Source of the DNA: Monocercomonoides exilis PA203
Taxonomy: Eukaryota; Protista; Preaxostyla
Reading direction: 5' to 3'
Assembly: GCA_001643675.2 (NCBI GenBank)
Contig: LSRY02000031.1
Span: 62,001 to 126,000 of the forward strand
Length of the DNA stretch: 64,000 nucleotides
In this document: piece after piece, positions 36,518 to 49,152 of the stretch
Numbering within the stretch: position 1 is the first letter of the stretch
Layout: each line of letters begins with the position of its first letter
Translations under genes and position numbers: made by a program
The notes under the pieces: model-generated
What the model was told of the DNA's origin: nothing
The model's database searches: none
The model's input: only the letters and a program-made list of their open reading frames with translations

Positions 36518-39190
36518 GGCATAGGTGTAACTGCGTCCCTTTTGCAATTCTTGTTTTTAACAATTAATTTTATGATGCTTGAAAAGCAAAAATTATTTAT
36601 AAACTTTTGTATGGACCGATTTTTCGTAAAACTTTTTGTTTGTCGTGAAAAAATTTATTTTAAAAATGACCCATAAATATGAGTATTTGAATAAAATTTT
36701 TAAAATCAAAAACAAATAAATCCTGAAAAATATCTTGAATGTCTCTAAATGCATTGTACACTTATATTTGTTTGATATTTTCACGAAAAATATAAATTTG
36801 AAATTTAATTTATTTATATGCAATCATTTGATCAAACCCATATTTTAATTTTATTTATTTGGATAACTTTAATTAGTGTAAATAATCATTTTGTGAACAT
36901 TATGTTATTAACAATCGTTAGTCATGCTATAAATCATATGAAATGGTTTTTTATTTAAATATATATGTATGTCTTTGTTTGTTTTTATCAAGTTTTGAAT
37001 CATTTTTATTTTTGTGTTATTTCTTGTGATTTTATATTTATTAGTTGTTCAACCCTATGTTACTGTGAAGTTCACATCCCGAATATTTGAATATCCAGTG
37101 TTGGTGTTCCTAATCTTTTTATTCACAATATTGATCGCTTTTGTGACTTTCACTTCACTTTTTCAAGCAAATAATATTCATTTATATTTCTTTATCTTTC
37201 AAAACTGCTTTTAATTGCTTGTATTTGTTGAAATCGCATTTATCTTAAAAAACAAAAATTGGGTGAAGAAGTGAGAAAAAACGGAAAATAAAATTATGAA
37301 TGAAAATAATTCAGAACTTCTTTCATACAAAGCAATTTTGACAATCCAAATACATGAATCCTCCTTTTCCATTGCCCGATGAAAGTGAACAAGATGATGC
37401 ATTTGTTGATTTAATAGCCAAATTTTCATCATTTTTTAATGTAACTTTTGCAACGCCTCCTTCTTCACCACTTCCAGTGTTCCTAATGTTTGAAAAGTTG
37501 TTGCTTTCAAATAAAACAGAAGTAGCCATCACCAATGGTGATTTGACAAATGAAGATCCCATTAAACTGCATCCTATCAATGTGCAACTTCCACTGGTTG
37601 TGGTTATCAATGAGTATTGAATGGTCGTTGATGATTGGATTTCAAATAAACAGTTTTCAAATTGAAGAATATTACTCGATGATATCAATGAATTCATGAT
37701 TGGTGCAAATTGACTTGGAATTTGTAACTTCAAAGACAGCAAGATGAGCGAGGCAGTTGAAGAAATAACAGATGAAGCAAATGCTGAATTCCCTTTGATT
37801 CTCTCATTAAACTGAACAGGCTTGTGTTTGGTTTCATCTTCATCAATCACACTTCCATCAATCGCAAGTGCATCTGTGAAAGAATAAATATCTTCAATTA
37901 TCCCTTCATCTTTAACCTTCACTTTCCTTTCTCCTTCCCCTCCATTCATGTCAATGTGGTCAATTCCACTTTTCATCGATTCACATGGGAATTTTTCACT
38001 TCCACATCCCAATGTGTCATACCCCTCCATTGACACACAAACCTCCATTCCCTTCATTTCAACAAGAAACACTCGAAGATCCATTTCTCCACAAATCCCA
38101 TCTTCTCCAACAAATGCATTCCCATCCTCCACGTAATCTGTGCAATCAAATGCAAAACGTTCTGTATTCACACTGTTCACCAGATTCCCACTCTTCACAA
38201 ACATGTTCTTCCCAACTGTTGCTGAGCATTCAGAAAATGATATCGATGAAAGGTGAAATGCTTCTCCATTTGAGCTGCAATCCAGATAATTTCCTCCTCC
38301 TTTTCCACCCTCACTCCCATTCTGACAAACACATCCAACAAATGAACTATTTTCAAGTGCCATAAATCCTCCATTCTTCAGAACGATCTTCAGTGCTCCT
38401 CCTTCTTTGCTCTTATCTGATAATGCCCCTTCAATTTAGCTTCTATGTATCAATATCAAAACTCCTGCATTCCTTCCTAAAGGAATGATCTTTTCCTTGT
38501 ACTTTACGAAATATAAGAGTAAATAACAAATGTTCCAAACAAAATAAATTGCAAACAGATTGTTGAATACGTGATTTTGTCATTTTGCAATACATGTTGG
38601 CTTCACATTTCAGTCTTGTGCAAAGAAAATAAATGTGTCAATTGTACAACAGCATTTTATGAAATGAAAGATTTTGAAAGCAAAGATTTTTCTTTGAAAC
38701 TTGTATTAGCAATTTAAAAAGCAGAAACAGGATATTCTGACACGAACACAATTGGTATAATTTGCATTTGATAATGATCACATATAGAAACAACAAATAC
38801 ATACGTTCGAACATTGCATAACCCGCACCGTCAAATTAAAGTTGTCCAAATAAATAAAATTAAAATATGGGTTTGATCAAATGATTGCATATAAATAAAT
38901 TAAATTTCAAATTTATATTTTTCGTGAAAATATCAAACAAATATAAGTGTACAATGCATTTAGAGACATTCAAGATATTTTTCAGGATTTATTTGTTTTT
39001 GATTTTAAAAATTTTATTCAAATACTCATATTTATGGGTCATTTTTAAAATAAATTTTTTCACGACAAACAAAAAGTTTTACGAAAAATCGGTCCATACA
39101 AAAGTTTATAAATAATTTTTGCTTTTCAAGCATCATAAAATTAATTGTTAAAAACAAGAATTGCAAAAGGGACGCAGTTACACCTATGCC
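36518..39190 (-). mobile_element. Non-autonomous cargo-carrying TIR transposon, copy 2
   Basis: Reverse complement of 1114-3787 (2673 vs 2674 bp, about five differences seen). Its own 8-bp TSD AAAAGATG at 36510-36517 and 39191-39198. Confidence 0.95.
37323..38363 (-). CDS. Captured surface-protein fragment (346 aa), copy 2
   Basis: Identical to the 1941-2981 product except GIY to GNY. Confidence 0.7.
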   Translation of the reverse strand: MALENSSFVGCVCQNGSEGGKGGGNYLDCSSNGEAFHLSSISFSECSATVGKNMFVKSGNLVNSVNTERFAFDCTDYVEDGNAFVGEDGICGEMDLRVFLVEMKGMEVCVSMEGYDTLGCGSEKFPCESMKSGIDHIDMNGGEGERKVKVKDEGIIEDIYSFTDALAIDGSVIDEDETKHKPVQFNERIKGNSAFASSVISSTASLILLSLKLQIPSQFAPIMNSLISSSNILQFENCLFEIQSSTTIQYSLITTTSGSCTLIGCSLMGSSFVKSPLVMATSVLFESNNFSNIRNTGSGEEGGVAKVTLKNDENLAIKSTNASSCSLSSGNGKGGFMYLDCQNCFV

Positions 39191-40202
39191 AAAAGATGTT
39201 CATCAAACGAGTTGATAGATTTTGTTTCACCTCTTCGTGAATATTCATACGGAGAAAGAAATCGAATCCGTCTATCAAACTGTGTTCGGAAAAATCATGT
39301 GAAATGATCGAACCTAAAAGATGGATCGGTTAACTTTTGAAAAGCAATATCGATGATTAATTTCTTTTCTTTTCTTTTCTTCAAAATAATGAGGAATTGC
39401 ATTTCTTTACTCCTTTTTTCCAAAACTTCCAACAATGGAATTTGCGACATAATTGTTAATGATAATAAAAGGTGACGAACATAATCACCCATATGTCGAA
39501 TTTTTTTTATTAAGTTCCTTCTGTTTAATTTTCAGACAAAATAAAAAATTTCATATTTTTATCAATTTTCTTCTCCCACTAACCAAATTTCGCTGTCATG
39601 AAAAAATTATCTCAACAATGTTATTATTTCCATTCTTGAAAAGTTTCGTGAGAGGAAACAGAAATTTGATCGAAATATAAAAATATTTCTGTATTTGAAA
39701 AATTTTACAAAATGAACTTTTCAAAAAAATTTAGACATATTTCATTATAATTCTTAATGATCCTTGAACACAGAATTGTCACTAATTGCTAAGAATTAAT
39801 CAATTCAAATTGGAACAAATGTTACTGGCGTTTTGTGAAACTCGAAAGGACTAGCTTGTGCAAATACCATGAGAAGAAATAAAAATGTTTCAGTAAAAAC
39901 CATTAAGTTATTGTGCGCAACTTTTTCCTACATTAATTTTTTTTGTTAATAATAAAAAATTTTATCAAATCTCTCTTTTTTCAAACATTCAAAAAATTGA
40001 TCTTAAAAAAAAAATTTGCAAAAAATAAAAATAAATAAAAAACAACAAATTTAAAAAATTAGTGCATATAATCCTGTTTCATATATGTTTTTCGTGTTTC
40101 ATTTTTTTTATGCATTAATCAAACATGTTCAATAAATGGTTAAAGATCATTACAAAATCATTTTCATTTTTAGGTTTTTTATTTCGAAGAGTAATTTAAA
40201 AC

Positions 40203-43200
40203 ATGGCGAGTGAGGAAAGTATGTCAATGTGCTCGACGTCTAGTGGAATGGCGGCAGAATATTCTCAAGCAGAAGGGTTCAGCAAGCTCGAAACAGTTGG
40301 CTTTTCAGTTTTTTTCCCTCTTTACGACCAGCCGAAGCATCCGAGTAAGACATGGGAAGTATTTGTATGGTCGGTAACAGTGCTGCAAATGGTCACGCTC
40401 AGTTTCTTTCGAATGGACACTTCGAGGCAGGATGTGAACAAGATTGCACGAGTTTGCGAGTTTTAACATTTGTGAAATTGAATTGTCGCTCAAAAAATAC
40501 TTTTTTTTCTTATTTTATGTTTTGCAAAACTCCGTCTGTATTTTTTTTATTTTTTTAAATGATTTTGCATGCTGGGTGCACATTTGGTTCAGTTTGTTTG
40601 CTTTGTTGACGGGACATCACTTGGATATCTGGCGGGGGAGTCGATTCCGATTGTGGCGATGGGGTGCCTGGGGTATTTTGTTTTGCTTGCTGCGTACTTG
40701 GTTGCGGTGGCGGCGTTTCAGGGGGTGATTTCGGGGACGCAGCCGTGGGTGATTTCGCTGCTGCGCTGGGTTGTGAATGTGACATACACCATCCTGTTTG
40801 TTCCGGTTATCTCCCTGTGCATAACGGCGTTTGACTGCTATGAGAGCGGGGGGCAGATTGTGCACAGGGGATTTGGAGGCAGTTGCACAGGCGACTTGGT
40901 GTCGATATTGGGATTTGTTGCGGGGATTGCGGTGCTGAGCTTGCAGCTGGTGTCTTCGTTTGTGGTGAAGAACATGATCTACAACCACAATCCGAAGCAC
41001 GGGGGGTTGTGGTCGTCGCCAAGCGGGGTGTGGCAAGGGGTGGAGTCGTGTCTTGTGTTTGGGTGTGTGTTTGCGATGAGGACGCTGATTGAATGGCCGT
41101 TCTGGCGCGGAGTGGTGACGGTTGGGGCTTCGGTGGGTATGGTGGTGTATTTTGTGTATGAGCAGCCGATATACAAACTAAGGGGAAACGTGCTGATGGG
41201 GAGCAAATGGTGCATGTTTGGGTGCTTGAGGCTTATTGATGAAATAGCATATGCGATAGAAGGAGCTACGGGCAACTGGATTGTGACGATTGTGCTTCAA
41301 GCGGTTGGGCTGGCGGCAGGAATTGTTTTGTGCATAGTGCTGTTGCCGAAGCTTGGTAAAATGTTCCGGAAAAAGAAATACCTGTTGAATGCATTTGAGC
41401 ATCAGCTGTCTGATATCTGCACCAAAAATCCTTCTTTGGCTCTGCCTCAGATGAAGAACCCCGAAAGAGTAGAGCCTTCTCTGAGCTTCATACAGGAGAA
41501 AGACTATCGTTCGATGATTCATTTGACATTTGCAGATTACGTGTACACACATGCACTGAAGACGAACATGAACAACAGCATGCTCTGCTTCCAGTATGCG
41601 TCGTTTCTGTCTGCCTACCGCAAGAACTACATGAAAGCGAACACGCTCATCCAAAAAGCCCGGTCGCTTTCTCCAGGCGTGTTTCTGAACTTTGTGCTGT
41701 TCTGCAAGGCGAAAGAGAACGGGGGAAGGACAAATGGAGATAGCCGGAACGGGACTGGGGACATGAACTCGTTTGCGTTCACGTCTCTTGTGGGGAAGGC
41801 GAAGAGGCACCACGAGCTGGCGGTGAGTGCGATGAAGGAGTTTTTTGAGAACATGACAGCGATCCACCCGGATTACAAGGCGGTTCCTGTTCTGCTGGAC
41901 ATGATTGTGAAGAACGAAGAGATTGCGCGAAAGAGCTACGAAGAGCTGATTTCGTCGCACAGGCAAAACTCGGAAGTGCTCAGGAGTTATGCGCGACTGC
42001 TTTTGGACATCTACAACGAAGAGGACGAGGCAGAGTTAATTCTGAACCGAGCAGATCTGATTGAAGAGGAATCTGTCGTGCATATTCAATCTTTATCCCG
42101 CACAAATACTGCCACTTTGATAGATGCTTCATATCCAATGGGAAATACAAGCGAATCAAAAAACGAAAAGATTGATGGAGAATTAAAGAGAGCCAGCACA
42201 GCAGGTGATTTTGTAACAGAATACGAGTCAAATTTCACACGTTCGCTGAGTCGTTTTAGCTTTGAAAATTCTGCTGGAAGTGCAAATGAGGATGCAAATG
42301 CTAATAAAGGAACTGAATGCAAAGAAGTGAAAGAAGCAGCATCTTGTGAACAGCAAAAACTGGAAGGAGAATCAGAAGTTCATACAAAAAAAGAGTTGCA
42401 ATGGCATCAATCATCTAACGAGTTAAAAAAACACCATACGTTGAATCAGAAGAATAAAAGAAAGAAGAAGAAGAAGGCGACAGCAATTACCGATCTGATA
42501 ATGGGAAATAATGGTAAACTCAATAGTTTTCAGAGCAATTACAACAAATTAAAATACACAGAGATAACTTTGCATTCTTTAAATGTTGCAGTACTTATAT
42601 CAGCGCTTATTGTGTACAAGACTATAACAGACAAATACCAGGACAACCTGCAAACGCTACGAAATGTGTGCGACTTGTCGTATTACACTGCCCGCTCAGC
42701 TGCGATCGCATACAGCTTTTTTGTGTATGACCAAAAGTTGAATTTCACTGATCCACCAACGGCGGATGAATGGCCATCAGGAATTATTCAGAAGAAGGAT
42801 CTGATGAACATTATGAAGGAGACATCAGACAATTTGGCAACAATGCTTGGCCGAATACATCAGTCAACAGAGAACATCGAAGTGTGGGAGACAGCAGACG
42901 TTAACACGTACCTATTCACGCTCACCACCAAAAACGAGACGCAGCCAGATGGAAGTGTGGATGAGGTGTTGGACACCAAAAGCCAAATCCTGCACTCAAC
43001 GTCAATGTTAGAGGTTATAGCAACGGTTTCTCAAATGATGCATCATCTGTATCTTACGAATGTTTCTTCACGTCCACAAGATCATGAGTATTTATCAAAC
43101 ATTCAGTATATGGTGTTCAATTGCCCCGTGCCTATATTGGATGGAGCAAAAAGAGTTATCTTTTACTATTATGAAATTTTGAATGAAGAATGCTTTGAAA

Positions 43201-46025
43201 TTATGGCAACGTTTACAATCATTATTTCGTCATTTCTAACGCCACTTACGATCATACAACTTGTGATCTATGTCCTTTTCACCAAAAAATCAGTGACGAA
43301 TCGGATGAAGGCGTATCAGATATTGCTGGATGTGCCAAAAAGCAAGATGCATAGCGTGATAAGCCGACTTATGAGAGATGACGATGCAGACGACGACTTT
43401 TCGATCAACGTTGAGATGGGAGAGATGCAAGAAACAAAGACATACGACAGCTTCTGCGACAATAAAAACGATTTTGTTGAAGAACCAGAGACTTCATCTG
43501 CGCGTGAAGAAACAGAGGGAAATGATCAAAACGACAATGAAAAGAAAAATGCAAAAGGAAGCAACAAAAACTCGTTGTCTTCGCTGAAAATGAAGGCTGC
43601 TATGAAACATGATTTGACTGAAATAGAGATTATCAATGCGAACTCAACGTCTTCTATTCTTCCTGGTGAAAGTTCTTCAGACGAGCCAATGATCGGTACG
43701 CCTTTATCTCCTGCATCTTCAAAGTCTCTATTTGTCGAACCAATTGATTCAACTGCTTCTACAACTTCAACAACTACATCATCAGGATTCAATTTGCATT
43801 CCACAAAAACAGGAGAGAATATTAGCGGAAAGCAAGCAGTCGGACAGAATGTGGGAACAAGATCATCATCTCAATCATTGCTGTTGAATGAGAATTCCAC
43901 CGCAAGTAGAGCAAAAAACGAGTCTGAATTAGCAACAAGCGAACGCCATTCCAACACCTTAAAAAATGATTCTTCACTTGCTGAACAAATGGGAATAAAA
44001 ACATTTGGAGCTGGAATTGTTGGACAAGAGATAAGAATGACCAAAAATACCGAAGATGGCGTTGGGCTGAATGGAGCAAACATGATGAGTACAGGAAACA
44101 TATCAAAGGCATCACTTAATCCGATGCTTGGCTGGAACAACAATTCAGGTATACTGATGATCAAGCCGCTAAAGGCCAATCAGGACGATGATCTATCAAG
44201 CATTTTCCAAACGCAATCACAGCCGTTTCTACCTTCTCTTTTTGCCACCAGCAGAAATCAGTCCTTCTCAACGCTGGCACCCTCAGCCCCAATTTCAGCG
44301 CAACACACAATGTCTGACTACGGCTGTAGCTCAGTCTACAACTCCCTGCAATTGCTGCCTCCTCTTGCTCCAGCCAGTCTGTGCCAGCAGAACAGAGCAC
44401 TGATGTGCAGTCAGAATGCTCTTTTGTCGCAGTTGGAAATGCTGTCAAGGACTTCAACGGCTTACGATCTTCATATGAAAACCGAACAGAATTCATTGGA
44501 TAGTAACGAGTCTGCTGTTCAAGAGCAGAAGCCTCAGAGCAACATTCCAGAAATAAAATACAAGTTCGATGACGAAGATTTGGAGGAATCAGAAAAAGAC
44601 AAGCAAAGAGGGTTGATTAGAAATGCAGTTGACGATGCAGCTTGGGAAGAACAAGTGGAAAAGGAGATAGAGAAACACGAAGCAGCATACAAACAGTTGC
44701 CACGTCCGATATCAAAATTAGTTGTTTTTACTGTTTGCTTTTCAACATTTATTGGTACAGCCACAATCGTATCAACGGATGTTGTTGCGTGTTATTATGT
44801 TGCTGATTATAAACCGACGTCCGCCAACATCATCGTATCCGGAATGCGTGCTTCTATTCTGTTCCAGATCCACTTTTTGCTCACATCCATCCTGCAACCA
44901 ATACCGATGCTGAAAACAGACCAGTCAATCACGTTCCCAACGTCAAGTAATCCAGTCATGCACAACTCTTCCCACTGTTCTGGTTCTCCAACTGTTGCCC
45001 GTGACATGCTTGTTCCGATGTCTAACTATTTTCAGGCAATGCATCATGACTGCCATTTTGGAGATTCAGATTTTTCGAGCATGAATGACAGAATATACGA
45101 TACGGTTCCTGTCTCTCGCATGACGACAAAGTTTAATGTGGAGACTCTGCTGCGAAAGGCTGACTGCTACTTGGCTGAATCTGAAGATTGCTCACGAGTT
45201 GATCCAAATCGAATGTATGGAATTAAAGGGACTATTTATGGACTCACAACACTTATTGCACGAATGAGGATAAATTTGGAGAGGATATCAAAGATGGAAG
45301 TTGAAAACATCACGTTTACTAACCCCGAAGCTCGCTTTGTTTCGAATGCTCTTCGAACTGATATTGTTGAAGGGATTGAGAAAATGACGAACATGATTTT
45401 GACCGAAGGAAAAGAAGAAGTTCAGGAATCAGTTACAATCTTAACCATTGTGATTGTACTGTTCTCTATTTTATTCATTATTTCGATGTTTGGAAATTCA
45501 AGGACATGGACGATTGAAGTGACTTTTGTTGAGAATGTGTCTCACAAGTTGCGTGAACTGCTTCCAATCAAAGAAGGCGAAAAGGAGATATTTATGGTGT
45601 CGTCGATGGTGACAGGGCATGAATCATTCGACAAAGGAAGAGAAGCAATTCTTGACGCTGCACAGCAATTGTTAACATCTGTTAATCAATATGAACAACC
45701 AGAAGTTGTGATGGATGCGTTCTATCAAGTGACATCTACAGCATTGGCAGTCTTCAATGAGGAGGAGAAGGAGATGGAAGCGAAGAACTATACGAACATT
45801 GAGAAGCACAAAAGAGAACATTTATTGTTGAGGCAGCGTCTGACACTGATTGGAGACCAACTCCGCTCAAAGAACGATGCGGTGAAAGCTGTCGGAAAGA
45901 GAAAACTTGTTTCGCTTTTTGACATGCACTTCACAGATGAAGATATCACCTTTGCAGACGCTGCTTATGGAATTGATTTTTCGAATCAGAAAAATGTTGA
46001 AATTGAGAACAGCAGTAATCTGTGA
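40203..46025 (+). CDS. TmcB/TmcC-like polytopic membrane protein with TPR-like region and C-terminal hemerythrin-like domain, ~1893 aa
   Basis: Exon 1 (40203-40451) and exon 2 (40593-46025) join via a phase-0 GT-AG intron. About 9 N-terminal TM helices, YEELISSH..NSEVLRSYARLLLDIYNE TPR-like segment, two paired TM hairpins with extracellular loops, and a C-terminal FNEEEKEM..Y..HKREH..HFTDED. Confidence 0.85.
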
Positions 46026-47005
46026 AGGAAATGAAAAGTGTACATATTTTTCAAATGAGATTAATGTCTTTTTTTTCCACTTTTTTTTGGCTGCAAAAAG
46101 TTGTATGGCCATTTTTTAGTGTAGTTATACAAGAATTTTTATTTCAACTAGTTTTTCTATTCAATTATTTTATCTTTATTTGCTTTTTGATCCAATTTTG
46201 TTATATGTATTTCTTATTCGATGCTCCTTTGAGAGCTCTTGCTTTTCAACCTTCATGTATCTCTCTATATATTTATAATTATTCGTTGATTTGTGAAGTA
46301 TTCGCATTTGTCAATAATGAAATTTGAAGGTCGAATTTTAAAACTTAGGTTTATTTCGTATGCTTTGAATTTTGCTTATTTTCATTTAGGATATTTTGGA
46401 AAGAGAATAATTATTTTTTTCATTTTTGTTAAATTTGTAGTAAAAATTTGTTTGTCATTTATTTGCTAGTCTTTTATTGTCATTTCTTCAATATTTTTTC
46501 TTTCGAACGAATGCAATTTTGTATCTTTATTTTCAAAAAGATTTACTTATTTTATAAAGTCATCCTTTTCTATAATTTTCTGTTATTTTGTAAATTTTGC
46601 TTTTCCCGAGTGAAAATTGTAAAAGAAGATTTTCTTTCATTTGTTGTACTTCAATTTTTTCTGAGCAAATAATAACATTTTCTTTTTGTGAATATTAAAC
46701 ATTTTTCTTTTTTATTTCATTTTGAGTGGATAAGTTCGTCTTTTTTTAAAACCTTTAAAATTTAAAGTTAATATCTGTTTTGGTGCTTTTTAAATTTGGT
46801 TGCCATTTTTGAATTTTGATACGTTGTGATTCCATCGAGCAAAGTAATATTTCATCAAAATCTGATTGAACTTTTTCATTTTTTTAAAGATAAAAAATAG
46901 ATTGAAAAATTGAGATTAAATACAGAATTTTTAATAACATTCAGCTAGCATTAAAGCTTAAAAAAATAAAAATTCGTATGGATCTTTCTTATTCTGTAAA
47001 TGCAA

Positions 47006-48079
47006 TGATACAATGAGTAAAATACGCGGAACATGGTAAAAAACCCGGAATTTTTATTAAAATTCATATATCTCGACAAGTTTAAAAAATTAATTTATAA
47101 AAATTCACACATTCACACATCAGTATATAACACATCTAACCATATTGAAATTTTTATTTATTGCGCTGTATTTATGAAGAAATAAATAATTTTTATTTTT
47201 GAAAATCTGACTTTTGATGAATTTTTCTATTTCAACAAAACGATTCAGTTCATCTTTTAAATATATCCCTTATTTTTTTTGTTGAAGATTTTTCTGATTA
47301 TTTTTCATTTTTGGCAATTTGCTCGTTTGGACTGAATAAAAATCTGTTATTTTCAAAAAATCACAGTCAATGGGATGACTTAAAAAAATATTTTATGCAA
47401 AACACGAGAGCATCCAAGTGAATTAAACACATGCAATAATAAATATGACAGTTATAAAAAATTGATTCATTGTTGAAATTTAAAATGATACAGAAGGTAT
47501 TTCAAAAATCAAGATTATTTTCATAATTGATGGTTGATAATGATCATTTTTGTTGAGTTTTCTACCAAATTGTATTTATCAAAATGAAAATGGAATTATT
47601 TTAAATTTCAACAATGAATCAATTTTTTATAACTGTCATATTTATTATTGCATGTGTTAAATTCACTTGGATGTTTTTGTGTTTTGCAAAAAATATTTTT
47701 TAAGTTATCCCATTGATAATGATTTTTCAAAAATGATAATGTTTTTTTTCGTCAAAAGGAGCAACTTGCCGAAAATGAAAAATAACCAGAATTATTTATA
47801 ACATAGAAAAAATAAGTTTTATATATAAAAGATGAACTGAATCGTTTTGTTGAAATAGAAAAATTCATCAAAAGTCAGATTTTCAAAAATAAAAATTATT
47901 TATTTCTTCATAAATACAGCGCAATAAATAAAAATTTCAATATGGTTAGATGTGTTATATACTGATGTGTGAATGTGTGAATTATTATAAATTAATTTTT
48001 TAAACTTGTCGAGATATATGAATTTTAATAAAAATTCCGGGTTTTTTACCATGTTCCGCGTATTTTACTCATTGTATCA
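47006..48079. repeat. ~1.07-kb foldback inverted repeat
   Basis: Arms ~47006-47486 and ~47598-48079 (TGATACAATGAGTAAAATACGCGG / CCGCGTATTTTACTCATTGTATCA), ~110-bp spacer. No clear TSD. Confidence 0.9.
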
Positions 48080-49152
48080 ATAAAAAATATTTTGCTTTAA
48101 ATTCTTAAAAAATTTTCTCATTTTCTTCATATTACAGTTTCCACTCTCAAAATATCTCAAGAATGATATTATTTGCAACATCAAGTTTTTGTTTCCAATA
48201 GATACAACGCATATTGGATCACATAATTTAAAATGAAAAATTAATTAAAAATTGTTGGGGTTATTAAAAAAAAACTACTGTTTATTTGAATTGACTGGCA
48301 AATTTTTAAAATACACAAGCAATTATGAATTGAATGTTTTAAAATTGAAAAAGAATAATATTAAATAATAAACAGAAAAGATTTTTATAAAATACTGAAG
48401 TTAATTTTGATTTTCTTTTTGATTATATTTTGATCTTTCAATAATCAACTTCGAAAAAATAGAATAATTCGATAATTCGTTTAAAACGCTATTCCAACTT
48501 ATGTTATCAGAAACATGAGCTTTATAATGCGAGTTTGAATGGTTATAACAATTATAAATTCGTTTTTCCCAATATACAAATCATGAATGCATCTGATTAC
48601 TTTCAGTTTTTTTCTTCGCAATTGTGAACTGTTTCTTTAAAACTGAAGCACCAACAACAACTTCTGTTCCATTATGCTCAGTCATCATTGGTAATTACTG
48701 CTTATTTCGTTCTTAGCAACAGCAATTTTCAAACAATATTGTTTTTTATTTTTCGCCTTGCTGAAAAACAATATTATGAAATATAAACAAGAAATATTTA
48801 AAACATTGAATGTTTAAAGGTGTATATGCTTCTTTTTCAAATTTTCGTTTTTAATAAAGAATATTTTATATTTCAACAAATTTTTCTTTTTCGATATTTT
48901 TCTTCTTATTTTGCAGATCACACAATTTTCTTATATGTTCCGAATTCAATAGACATTTTGTTTTTTGATGCTCCATATTTTTGACTCTCTTCATCCTCAG
49001 GATTACTCTTAAGTGCAAATAAAATTTCGACTATCCCATCTATTTATTTTCTCTCGTCTAAATTAACAGATTTCTATTCCAGCACGCTCAAACTATCATC
49101 AACAGTTCTATCTTCTCTTCTATTTACAGCTCCGACACTTTTTTCTCTGCCT

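Larger units (their letters stand above)
35835..39600 (-). pseudogene. Decayed PIF/Harbinger/ISL2EU-like (DDE_Tnp_4) transposase, split by the 36518-39190 insertion
   Basis: IIADYAYIG...RVIVGQF..LK..F..F...W..DYFSVASCLTNF resembles the DDE_Tnp_4 C-terminus (ADxGY..RxxVExxF). Across the empty site it reads RRGETKSINSFDEHLFSQLNIILHG, an HTH-like segment. Many frameshifts; boundaries approximate. Confidence 0.6.

Noticed and set aside
1114-39190. One giant 38-kb element or inversion bounded by the two inverted 2.67-kb copies
   Set aside because: Each copy has its own matching TSD pair and each host gene rejoins locally, so these are independent insertions with no recombination between them.
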